Assembly (NCBI RefSeq): GCF_036365525.1
Contig: NC_090380.1
Location: forward strand, 76,509,784 to 76,573,783
Origin: Heterodontus francisci
Taxonomy: Eukaryota
Length of the DNA stretch: 64,000 nucleotides
Direction: 5' to 3'
Position 1 is the stretch's first letter. Every line of letters starts with the position of its first letter. Below the pieces are notes generated by a model. That model had not been told where the DNA came from and ran no database searches. It saw only the letters and a list, made by a program, of their open reading frames with translations. Made by a program: the position numbers and the translations under genes. Below are positions 11,900 through 23,649 of the stretch, piece by piece.

Positions 11900-13620
11900 C
11901 CCCAACCCATCAGTACTCCTCGTCCTTCCTGCTTTCCTACTGGCATGCCAGGCTTGACTTCCCCTTAGATAAGCCTACAGCTTCACTCAGTGCCTCTCTT
12001 GGCATCCTCCAAAGGGCCCATCAAGGCACTCAATGCTGCCTCATCAGCAGCAGCAAGCCCAACTGTCCCATACTACACTTTCACCAAACTTCCTGCCCAG
12101 TGCTAATCTTGCCAATCTCCTTTTCATCCAATTTACCATTCCACCACCGCCCCCACTGCTGACCCTGTGCACTCAGTGGATCAGATCTTGCCACCCCTCT
12201 ATGCATCTCCTTCCAGAATGCCTGTTCACTTCTGTACAAGGCCCTTGCCATCCATGACCTCATTGTGGGTGATAGCATCAACATCATGGCCTTGACGGAA
12301 ACTTGGCTGAGGGATGATGACACCTTCCCCCAAATGAAGTCTCCCCCCTTGGCTAGTCCTTCCACTACTTTCCCTGTCCAGACTGTTGTGGTGCGGGGTG
12401 GCTCTTTTCACCAAATCACAGCTTAGTCTGTCTCCCTACTACTCTGACACTTTCTCCTCCTTTGAACATCTCACCTTGTTCCACCCCCTCACCTCTCATT
12501 TAAAATCCTTGTTCTCTACTGCCCACCCAACTACCATAAAAATTTTCTCAGCAAGATATCTTCACTGCTTTCCTCCTTCAGCCACTGCACCGAGTGACTT
12601 CTCATCCCAGTGATCTCAATCTCCATTTCAGCTTATCATGCACTCTTTCCTGAACTCACTGCTCTTTTGTCCTCCCTTAATCTCTCCCTCCATTTAAACT
12701 TCTCTAACTATATTTACGACCACCCCCTTGACCTTGCCAACTCATGTGGTCTTGCTACTTCCATCATATCAATTACAGATAATGTCATCTCTGATCACTT
12801 CCTTGTGCCATTCTCCACCTACCTCCCCATTCACCAACCCAACTTCCTTCTGTGTCCTCCTCTGGAAAAAACTATCCCGCAATTCACTTACAACTGCCCT
12901 TTCAAAATCCCCACTGTCTAGCCTTTGGCCCTCCGCTTACCACATTATTTCTGCAGCTACTGATTTGCTTAACTGCACTCTCATCTCCACCCTTGATGCC
13001 CTAGTCCCCACGAAAATGATTATTCTCTCTCACTGTGGCTGTTCCTCCTGGTACAGCTCTCATCTCTGCTTCCTTAAGTCTAAGGGATGCAGATTTGAAA
13101 GGATATGGCGGACAACTGATTTAGCCATTCACCACCAGATCTGATTGGACCACATAAAGAACTATGGGATCCGAGACCTGCTGAGTATTTCCAGCATTTC
13201 TTGTTTTTATTTCAGATTTCCAGCATCTGCAGCATTTTGCTTTTATATTATTGGGTCCACTGCTTTCGTTTGATAAAACTGTTCACTATTCCAGGATCAC
13301 CCTGGAATGCAAAAGTAACCCTTGGCTTCTTTTCTGTATTGCAAACTGTCTTCTTAAACCCCTCTTCCCTGTCCCCTCCGCCCTCACCTCCAACAACATC
13401 TGTGAAGAGCTCATGGACCCTCTTTGCCACTAAGATTAAGGCCATTAATCAGCTGCCTCTGCTACTTCCTCCCTTACCCAAGCCCACTGGGCCAAATTTG
13501 CTCTAAAGATTCCCCATGCCCTTGCTCTGAATTCGCATCATTCTATTTCTCTTATCTCCCTTGATACACTCTCTGAGCTCTTCTTGTCCATAAGACCTCC
13601 TGCTCTCTGAGCCCCCTCCT
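11900..13620 (+). mobile_element. L2-clade LINE, degenerate endonuclease region, containing a small Penelope fragment at about 13172-13250
   Basis: Remnant motifs IMALTETWL.DDD, GVAL, H.LDL, ISDHFLV; pyrimidine-rich sense strand typical of L2. Confidence 0.75.
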
Positions 13621-13704
13621 CCCGTGCTATAAAAATTCCACACATCCATTGTAGCGCAAGTCTATTTTTCTGTATAAAAATTAGTTATATAATTTTTAAA
13701 AATT

Positions 13705-14030
13705 CTTTCACAGGATATGGGCATCTCTGGCAAGGCCAGCATTTGTTGCCCATCCCTAATTTCCATTGACAACTGAATGGTTTGCTCGGCCATTTCAGAG
13801 GGCAGTTAAGAGTCAACCACATTGCTGTGGGTCTGGAGTCACATGCAGGCCAGACCAGGTAAAGATTTCCTTCCCTAAAGGACATTAGTGAACTAGATGG
13901 GTTTTTACAACAATCGATGATAGTTTCATGGCACCATTACTGAGATTAGCTATCAATTCCAGATTTTTAAAAATTAATTAATTGAACTTAATAATTAATT
14001 GAATTTAAATTCCACCAGCTGCCATGGTAT
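13705..14030 (-). mobile_element. SINE with 3' tail shared with CR1 family B
   Basis: Tail matches LINE ends at 24005-24062 and 62095-62146; body near-identical to 16270-16668. Confidence 0.75.
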
Positions 14031-15339
14031 GTCCCAGGGCATTGGTCTGGGCCATATAAACACATATATTATTATTTTTGTTTTACTTAATGTGAAACTT
14101 GTTCCTGGTGTTGAGCAACAATTCTGTCAAGTCATGGAGGTATCTTTGACAAGCACACGCACATATAGTCAATGTTCACCCTGGCTCAGCATTTTGTTCT
14201 CTTTGATGTAGTTACTGAAAATCCAGCTTTGCATAAGTAGGTTGTACTAAATGAGACCAACACCTCCCGTGCTGCAGGAGAAGCAGTGCTGTATTCAGTT
14301 GCACCAGTGCCAAAATGATCCAACTTCACATGATGTCCGCACAAATGTGCTTTACAGCACGGGGTCACTGGATGGCAATCAGGCGTGGGAATCCTGGCTG
14401 ACTTTATTTTACACTTCCAACAGACGTTGGAGGCACTATTATTACTGTTTAACTTAGGATGGCTAACTGAGCACAGCCCAGGGATCCAACCAGGACATTC
14501 TATGTTTGTCTCACATTGGGTTAGTGCATTTAACCAGTGATTCATCAGTGGAGGCCTATATAAAAGAACAAGCTTGAAAGCAGGATTAAAAAATATATAT
14601 ATCTATAAATAATAAGAGCTGAACTTTGGGAAAATAAGAACTAAAACCGACTGATAGATAAAAGATGGCCTTTTGTTCAGCTTGGTCCCCGTGTTGAATT
14701 TTGTTTTCTTGCAAAGTAACATTTTGAGACAACGTTGTGATTCTTAAAACAACAAAAATGTCAGTAGCAATAAAACACTGAAACGTGTGATCAAAGGTTG
14801 CTGAACACAAAGATTAAAAATGTGGAAATGGTCGGCAGTGAGCTAAATGGAAGAATGAGGGAAATAGCAGAAATTACCTCCAGAAGATGATGACTTAAGG
14901 GCCTCTTCCTGCCGCTACCTCAATTTAATTGAAGGCAGAGGGGCCCACCTCCATGGGAAGATCCAGGGTCAGGGCATTCCCTTCTTTGGGGGCAATCCAG
15001 AGCCCCTGGAGTGTTGCCTCAGCAGTGACCGCCACCTCCCCCTCCCCCCTTAGTGTTTATCTAGCTTCCCCTTAAATGCATCTATGCTATCACCTGAGCT
15101 ACTCCTTCTGGCAGCAAGTCCATATTCTAACCGCTGTGGGTGGGTTTCATTTCTTTCCGCCTGGCATGCTGGGATAATTTCTCCAATGATCCAGTTTGCC
15201 ATGCAGTTGCACGTCTGGATCATGTACTGAAATCCTGGTGTTGGACTCAAACCCAGGACCTTGTGAGTGAAAGTTAAAAGTACTGTTAAGTGAGGTAAGC
15301 TAACAGACTGAGGTGCCTTATGTCCAAAAAAGCCAGCAT

Positions 15340-15875
15340 ATTTAAAATAGGTTTAGCGATTTAGCTGGAGTATTGGATCCAATTCTGAGCACTTCAGGAA
15401 AATAATGATGGCTCTGGAGACGGTACAAAAGAGATATGTTAGAATGGTTCCAGGAATAAAGGATTACAGCTACAATGATAGACTGGAGAAGCTGGTATTC
15501 TGTTAAGAGCAGAGAATGATAAGGGGAGATTTGATAGAGGTATTTAAAATCATGTTTAGATAGAGTTAGTAGAGAAACTGCTTTCAATGGCTGTAAGGTT
15601 GATAACTAAAGGGCATAGATTTAAGGTGATTGGCACAAGAATCGGAGGCCACATGAGGAAAAGCTTTTTTATGCAATAAATGGTTAGGATTTGGAATGCA
15701 CTACCTGATAGGGTGGTGGATACAGATTCAAAAGGGAATTGAATAAATACTTGGAGAAAATGTTGCAGGGATATGGGGAAAGAGAGTGGGAGTGAGGCTA
15801 ACTGCATCGTCTTTGAAAGAACTGGCACATATTCGATGGGCCGATTGGCCTCCTTCTGTGCTATACCATTCAATA
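15340..15875 (+). mobile_element. Old CR1 3' fragment
   Basis: Degenerate LEY.IQF, GDLIEVFKI and GHRFK motifs plus CR1-type 3' UTR. Confidence 0.75.
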
Positions 15876-16269
15876 ATTTATGATTTAGAAGCTGCCAGAC
15901 CTGCTGAGTATTTCCAGCATTTTCTGTTTTTATTTAGCCTTTTTAAAGTTATATGTTCAGTTCACTGTTTCCTCAGGGATGTTGTGAGTACTATTTATTC
16001 TACATTTACAGGGTCATTAACAGATACCAGATCTCGTGGCTTCCTTGCTGCATTCAGTCAAGAAGCAGTTGTGCACTACATCTACCTTTGCATCACTTGA
16101 TTTTTTTCAATTTATTTAAAGATAACTGAAGTCTCCCATTAAAATATCTTTTCTGTTCTTATATAGCCTTTTGATTCCTTCATAGAGCAGCTGTTCGCCT
16201 TCTTATGCTGACCCTGTGGTCTTTAGGTTATCCCTAGTTTTAGCTTGTATCATTTGGCATCTTATTTTA

Positions 16270-16668
16270 TTTATTCTTGGATGTGGGCATCATTTATTAT
16301 CCATCCTTAGTTGCCCTGAGAAGGTAGTGGTGGCCTTCTTCTAGAATCACTGCACTGTTTCTTTGTGGTGATTTGTTACAACTGAGTGGTTTACTGGTCC
16401 ACTTCAGAGGGCAGTTAAGAGTCAACCATGTTGGTGTGGGATTGTAGTCCAGACTGGGTAAGGACATTAGGAACCAATTGGGTTTTTATGACAATCTGAC
16501 AACTTCATGGTCATTTTTACTGATACAAGTTTTTTAATTCCAGATTTAAAAAAAAACTGAATTCAAATTCTGAAACTGCCTTGGTGGTATTTGAAAGTGT
16601 GTTGTCTTAATTATTAGTCCAAGCCTCAGGATTATCAGTCTAGTAACATAACACTCTGCTACCGTACT
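16270..16668 (-). mobile_element. tRNA-derived SINE, same family as 13705-14030
   Basis: Minus-strand head with A-box-like GGTAGCAGAGTG and B-box-like TTCAAATACC, shared body and LINE-derived tail. Confidence 0.7.
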
Positions 16669-17749
16669 GATGACTAACCAGAGTAATTCATTCTATAGCT
16701 TTCTACTTCCCACAGGACCAAATTATTTTTAACTCCCAGGTGTCCTGACATACGGGGCTAATTTTTTTTAATCCGCTTTGGTTTCTCTAACACGCTACGC
16801 TCTTGAATGTTATAATCATTTCTATCCTCATTAATCATTTTTTTGATATTTCTACAACAGCCACCAGTTCCAGCATTTCTAATGCTTCTAGCATTCATTT
16901 ATATACCTCTTATAGTTCTCCCTCTTCCCACAACCCACAGCATCTACCTATTCCTGGTATTCAGTTCATGTGAGTAGATAACTACCTTCTGTCCTATAAT
17001 CTATTTAATCTGGGATCTGTTTCCTCCCTGCCTTTACACCCCACTCCCCCATGTGTCTAGTTTAAATGATTTGCTACTGCTGCCTTGATGTTCCTTACAA
17101 GTCTTTTGGTTAATTACATCATTAGGTACAGCACACCTCTCCTGTGCCTGTATTTTTTTCTGGAACGATTCCCAGTTATTTATGAATATAGGAAGATTGT
17201 GCTTATGCCATGCTGCAGTCATCTATTCACCTCCTCAATTCTTTTGGTGAATTTTCCTCCTCTCCCAAATATTTATAGGGAAATTAAGACTGAATTATCA
17301 CAAAAGCAGTTGTGTAATCACATAGGATATGTTTAAAATCATGAAATTTGAAAGAGGCAGCAATATTACTTAACATGCTTACAATTGTACCCCATAATAA
17401 TGAGGAGACACAGGTTCCAACTATAACTGTGACCTCCTGTCTGTAGGCAGATACCTCAGCCTCCTGCTTATTGGCTGTTGCTAATGGGATGGCTAAGTTT
17501 CGAAATACATGTTTGTGATCAAAGTCTGAAAGCTGGACAGTGTACAGTCACAGACAACGTTTTACTGAACTTTAATCAAAAACACACAATATATTTTGCC
17601 CCAAAATGACCAACTTTCAGCTGCTGAAAACAATAAGTTCTCTGACGGAGATATTGGAGAAAACTGTGTATTTAAAAGAAAACAATAGCAGTAGAATTTC
17701 AACAATAAAACTAACAAGTGATGATAACTTACATCGGGTACACTAAATA

Positions 17750-18126
17750 GTAGGGTAGCAGGGTCGTTTGAGACCTTGGGGTGGTTGTCCTGCTTTTTTG
17801 TGAGCCGTCTCAGGCCCAGGTAAAGGTTCCATGCTCAGGGTTTCGAGCCATGGCCAATGGCAGAACTAGCGAATTTTCAGTGGTGATAGCAGAAGAACTA
17901 GAACTTCGAGGGATAACGGAGGATCCTTTGGGAAGAGGACTTGTGTTTCCTTTAAAGCACACATGAGGAAGGCAACAGGAAATCACCCCATGTACTTTTT
18001 CCCTAGTCATATTGCTCATTTCTCATGGAAGTTAAAGAGTGGGAGGCTCATATTAGCAACTGAGTAGGAAAGCGCAGGACCGTGAGACCTGGGGAAATGA
18101 GCAGAGGATTGGTCCTTGGGCACTAC
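17750..18126. mobile_element. Unclassified 377-bp insertion in HGD intron 1
   Basis: Flanked by direct repeat TACACTAAATA (17739-17749 and 18127-18137); termini GTAG...CTAC; GC-richer than flanks. Confidence 0.55.
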
Positions 18127-18334
18127 TACACTAAATAAATCCATAATATGTGAACATTGGTTGGAAAGAAAGTACTTTCACAGCAAAATAAACAGTCAAG
18201 GTAAGTTATAAATGCACATAAAATTAATTGGGAGAGAATAGAAAATGGAATATATTTTGAATTAGGTTTTGAAACCAAGGATTATGTCTATAAATATAAG
18301 GGATCATAGCAACATTAGTGAACGAAAAATGATA

Positions 18335-18665
18335 ATAGATGGATACAGCACTGAAACAGGCCCTTCGGCCCACCGAGTCCACACTGACCATCAACCATCC
18401 ATTTATACTAATCCTACATTAATCCAATTTTCCCTCTCACATCCCCATAATTCTCCTACCACTTACCCACACTAGGGGCAATTTTTTTTACAATGGCCAA
18501 TTTACCTATCAACCTGCAAGTCTTTGGCATATGGGAGGAAACCAAAGCGCCCAGAGGAAACCCACACCGTCACAGGGAGAACTTGCAAACACCACACAGG
18601 CAGTACCCAGAACTGAACCTGGGTCACTGGAGCTGTGAGGCTGCAGTGCTAGCCACTGCGCCACA
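18335..18665 (-). mobile_element. HE1-type V-SINE
   Basis: tRNA head (TGGCGCAGTGG A box, GGTTCAGTTC B box), V-domain-like GTGGGTTTCCTCTGGGCGCTTTGGTTTCCTCCC, CR1-derived tail GGGCCGAAGGGCCTGTTTCAGTGCTGTA. Confidence 0.85.
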
Positions 18666-18741
18666 TAATGTTTATGAAATTTGATTCCTATGATAAATAA
18701 AACATATGCAGGTCTAAAATTGATAAATTCTTAGTTCTTAC

Positions 18742-18756
18742 CTTGAGTGATGCCAT
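18742..18756 (-). CDS. HGD: HGD coding exon 1 (MASLK)
   Basis: aaaATG GCA TCA CTC AAG|gtaaga: 15 coding nt, phase 0, same length as human exon 1 CDS (MAELK) and splices in frame to exon 2. Confidence 0.85.
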
Positions 18757-18789
18757 TTTGATGCTACTTCTTTTGTTCAAAAAATGCAC

Positions 18790-19110
18790 AGAAAGTCCAA
18801 ATTATAACTGGACAGAAGTGATTGAACTAAAGGTAGCTCCCAGAGAGAGAAACTTGCAGCACCAGGGCAGGGAACTTTATACAGCAGTGATTGCATTAGG
18901 CATGCTCCAGAACTGATGCAACACATTTGATAAAAAAAATAAGCAACGTCACAGAATGAGAAGTGGAGAGAGAAAAGGAAAATGAGAATAAAAAGTGAAA
19001 ACATCAAATAACTAAGAAAAATTAAGTGTGAAAAATAATTCAAAAAGGAAAAGTAGTGGAGAAAGAGAAAGAAACTAGACTTGAGAGAGAGAGTTTAATT
19101 ATTAAATAGC
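18790..19110 (-). promoter_or_regulatory. Putative HGD proximal promoter
   Basis: TATA-like TGTATAAAG on the minus strand about 120 nt upstream of the ATG (about 18875-18883); palindromic HNF1-like TTTAATTATTAAA at 19094-19106; motif inference only. Confidence 0.4.
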
Positions 19111-19199
19111 CATCCTTCTATTAACCTATTGCAGTTTTAGTATTAGCCTCAGGTTCAGAGACTATTCCAAACCATAGCAAGCAATATTGGACTTTGTTC

Positions 19200-20340
19200 T
19201 CCTCTGCCAAGACTACTCGGGAATATTGCTGCATAACCAAGATAACTCCTGACTTTATTTCACTGTTACCTTGACTCCATTCTAACTAAGCAGTTGGCCA
19301 CTCAACATTCTTTTTTGACCTCCTTGCTAGTTGACATGATCAATGGTTCCCTCCCCTCAGATACTGTCACCTTCCCTTTCAAACCTACCGTTATCTACTG
19401 CTCCTCATAAAATTCACCCTTGGCCCCTCTGTCCTTGCAAATTACCACCTCATCTCCAACCTCCATTTCCTCTACAAATGTATTGTTACTTTCCAAATCC
19501 GTGGCAATTTTTCCTATAACTCCATCTCTGAATCTCTTTTTCAGGTTTCTGCCCCTGGCACAGCACTAAAATCGCCCTAACTAAAGTCACAGTTGATTCT
19601 AACTATTGTGCACTGTCCCTCCTTGTCATCCTTAATCTCATTAGTCTTTGAAATGGTTAGCCACACCATTCTCCTCCAATAACTCTCCTCTGGGGATTTC
19701 TCTCACTTTGTTCTACTCTTATCTATCTATGATAGCCACAGCTCTCTTCCCTTCCCGCCTTTCCATCTCACAAAGTTTTACTTCCAGAGTCCCAAACAAT
19801 CTATCTTTGGATGCCTCCCTTCCTATCTACATGCAACCCCTTGGGAACATCATCCACAGACACAGAAACAGCTTCTACTTTCACACAGATGACACTCTCA
19901 GCAGTACTGTTTTCACACTCTACTTTCTTGGTGTTGTCAGACTGCATGTCTGACACTCAGTTTTGGATGTGCAGCAATTTCTTCCAGTGACACTTCGGGA
20001 ATACCAAAACTATCGTCTTCAGCATCCATCCACACTCCATATCCTTAGCACTAATATCATCCCTCTCCCTGGCCACAGTTTCAGACTAAACCAGACTGTT
20101 CACTACTTCAGTATTCTGCTTGAACCCACACTGAGCTTCTGATCCATATGTTGTCCATTACAAAGACTGCCTACTTCAACCTCTGTAAATCATGCACGTC
20201 CGATCCTACTTCCGTCCATCTGCTGCTGAGATCTTTATCCATGCCTTTGTCACATCCAGACATGACTATTTCATTGCTGTATAGGCTGGACTTCCATCCG
20301 TCACTCCCAGCAAACTTCAGCTCATCCAAACCTCTGCTGT
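19200..20340 (+). mobile_element. L2 LINE RT region, highly degenerate
   Basis: Remnants NY..ISNL.FL, SGF.P.HST..AL.KV, Y.QPLG.II.RH, HTDDT. Confidence 0.7.
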
Positions 20341-20829
20341 ATATAATGTGGATGAGCTGAAGTTTGTTGAGTGGTTAAAGACCAAAAGGGTCTGAAAATT
20401 AGTGGCTGAAGACAAAAAAGTCTGAATTTTTTTTTGACAAGGTATCATGTAATTATAACACTGTTAATGATCTGTAATACATGCAAATGCTTCCAGGCCA
20501 CTTCAAATGTGTAGAAACATTAGTTTTTCCTTTGTTTACTTTTGATTACCAAGATAGTGGACCAATGCATTTGTATAAAATCACCAAAGTGACCTCAACA
20601 TTCCAACATTGCAGCATTCAATAGTTAGTACATCATGTAATTATGAAGGATGAAGCAAATTTTAACACCAGAACTGTCAGTTCCAATCTTTTTTTAAAAG
20701 CTTCCCGGAAAACCACAAAGCTGCCCCGAAGGTCGAAAGCAGCAGTACCTACTCGCGGCAGCTGTCAGTCAAACTGACAGTTCCGATTTTTTAAAAAGCC
20801 AGTCTTATGGGTCTGAAGGCCCGAAACTG

Positions 20830-21400
20830 CAGGGGTGTCCAACCTTTTCGCGTGAGGGTCCACATTACAATTTTTGTCCTACATAGGGGTTCGGTGAGCA
20901 AATTTCAAAAAGATAAAGGCATTAGAAATGTAATCAAAACAAAAAATGTGCATTTTTGTGAACATGCTTTAAATAAGAAGACTAATTTATTAAGTTGCTT
21001 TCTCATCACAATGTTGAGCACTGATTTAGTGAAATACCTGGTATTGTTTTTGCTTGCACAAGTAGTCGATGTCTGCCCACGCATTTGATGTAGTGATGCA
21101 GACTATTCTGGATAGATGTCCATTTGTCAGGAGTGATCTTGATCGCTCTCTCTCCCCTCTCTGTTTCGGTCTCTCTCTCACCCTCTCTCTGTGCTTCTCT
21201 GTCCCCCTCTTAATTCTCTCCCTTTCTGTGCCCCCCCTCTGCTCCCCAGGCCGATGCTGGTTTAAAGGACTGCCTAACTCTCTCTGTGTACTCCCTCAGC
21301 ACCGCTCTGCCCGCGCCTCTGGCTGTGTGCTAGCCTGCTCCTTCCTGTCCCCTTGACCTCTGCCTCTCCCTCTGCAGCAACCATTCCCGCTTACTGCCGA
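20830..21400 (+). mobile_element. hAT-like non-autonomous element fragment with CT-rich interior
   Basis: Starts CAGGGGTGTCCAACCTTTT, a typical hAT terminus; matching right TIR not found. Confidence 0.4.
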
Positions 21401-21729
21401 ACCACCTGAAAACTGCAGGGGTGGCTGATCCTAGCGTGCTTGCACTGCCAGTCAATTCTCAACACACCCAGCAGCTTGCTTTCAGTCACAGACAGGACCA
21501 GTTTGAAAGCTTTGGCAGGCCGGAAGAAGCCAACGGCAGCTTTCCAAAACCCTGTCAGAAATCCACCATTTGGCAGAAATTCCTCAACCTGGGGGCCTAT
21601 CCCACATATTACCCTTGCGCTCACTGGCCTACCTTCTCAAGGGCAATTAGGGATGGGTGATAAATGCTGGCCTAGCCAGTGAAACCCACATCCCATGAAT
21701 GAATCAAAAAAACATTGGTTCCAGGTTCT

Positions 21730-22085
21730 CCAATTCTCAAATTGTAAATTCTCATCCTCGTTTTAAATCTGTAGTCTCTTCACTACAACCCCTCTTATCA
21801 AACTCTGTGTTCCTCTGGCTGTGGGCTCTTGTGCATCTCCTCACCTTGCACACCATTATCCCATGTGCCTTCAACTGTCTAGGCTCCACACTCTGGAATT
21901 CCCTCTCCAAATTCTTTCACCTCCACTTCCTTTAAGACCCTCCTTAAAATCTTCTACTTTGATGAAGCTTTTGGTCACAATATCTCCTCTTACGCTCCGC
22001 ATCCATTTTTTGAATTACACCTCAGTGAAGCATTTTGGGATTTTTTTTATACATTAGAGGTACTATATAGATAACAGTTGTTATT
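21730..22085 (+). mobile_element. L2 3' end
   Basis: AF..LG.TLWNSL peptide and tail GTGAAGCATTTTGGGA...GGTACTATATAGATAACAGTTGTT. Confidence 0.65.
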
Positions 22086-22189
22086 GGAAAGCAAAAATTG
22101 CTTTGTGCTAATTGTAGATACTGTACAAACCTGTCTCCTGGAATATCAGAAAATCAAATACAGACCTATTGCTATTGCCCAAACTTAAT

Positions 22190-22876
22190 GGGCTGGATTT
22201 TATAATCTCGCCGCAGCGGCCCACTGCAAACTTCCATGCGGCATCTCATTTGCATCCCCGGGGCAGGTCGCTCCCACCCCCTGATCACGTGGAGGGGGTG
22301 GGCTGTCTGTCACCAGTAATGCATCAGCTGCCTGTGTGCAAGCGCTGACGCTATTTTTAAAGGGCTGTCAGCCCTACTGGCTAATTTAAATTTTTAAAGG
22401 TAAATTGAATTAAAATAAATACATCTCTTTTGCACCGTCCCACCCCCCAATAACAATTGAATTAATTATTTGCCCTTTCCCCCCCAAAACACTTACCTAT
22501 TACCATCTGACCTCCCCCCGCCACAAACTTTCAACTACGACCTTTCCAACCTACACTCAAGATGTCAATTTGACCCTGTTTCCCCCATCCCACCAATGAT
22601 GCGCCTCATTTCCATGGACGGGACTCCGAAGGTGCGGGAGTGCCAGTCGCCAGGCCAAAGATCGCAGCGGGACATCGGGCGGTGACATAGGCTTAATTAA
22701 AGCAATCATTTTAATTTATTTAAATATTCAAATTGCAGTCCCGTTGCCTTGCTGCCGCCAGTAATATTAGTCCGGGCCCTCCCACTGTCAGGGTGCCTGG
22801 CGGCCCTCTCCTGGAGGCATTTTCTGCACACCCCCCCCAACCAACCAGACATCAGGGGATCAGTAAAATCCAGCCC
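22190..22876. mobile_element. PIF/Harbinger-type MITE
   Basis: Perfect 13-bp TIR GGGCTGGATTTTA / TAAAATCCAGCCC with 3-bp TSD AAT/AAT. Confidence 0.85.
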
Positions 22877-23649
22877 AATATTTACAGTAGACAGGGAAAA
22901 TTTTTTAAATGTTCCTGGATGCTGTTATTCTGAGGGGATAACATAATATTTCAGTATCTCTGTAAACTGTGTTCTTCACTGCAACAGCAGCAGATTTCCC
23001 TGTAGCACTTTCATTCTTGTTGCTGCTTTGGACACTTTCCATTCTTCCACAGTTGCTCTCCTGTGATTGGTCTCAGCTCTCCTTGATCCTGACCTTGGTT
23101 AGCTTACTCTCACAGCTGGTCCCAGCGCTCTACCCCTCAGAGTAGAATGTGAAAATAAATCCATGATTTCTTTTGCATTAGAAGAAAAACTTAATAATAA
23201 TTCTCTATTAGCAGGATATTGAAATCCTATTAAATTGGAATTCCATTTCCCTCTATGCCATTTGGGGTCATTGAAACACAAGAGGTAAGTTTTGTGAGGC
23301 TTGCAGCATTGATCCTTTGTGACTGGAAATGCCTATTGCAAAATTAGTTGCTGATGTCAGTGCATCTGACTAGCAGCATGCTACATTTTGTGGCAAATAT
23401 ATGTTTACATCTATTGGAGGTCAGACTGCTGACTTGTGGGGACTAATTTTATTCAGGCTGCTCCCATGTCAAATTTTACCAATTTTAACAAACCTTTCCC
23501 CCACGCACAGTGTAGCATGGCCACATAAAATGAGCACATGTTGTTTAGGCTAGCTTAGTCTTCATACGTTGGCATCTTAAAAGCATATTGGAACTTACAA
23601 AGTTAAGAAAAATCAAAATTTCCCATAATCTTCAAGATAGTTTCTTCTG

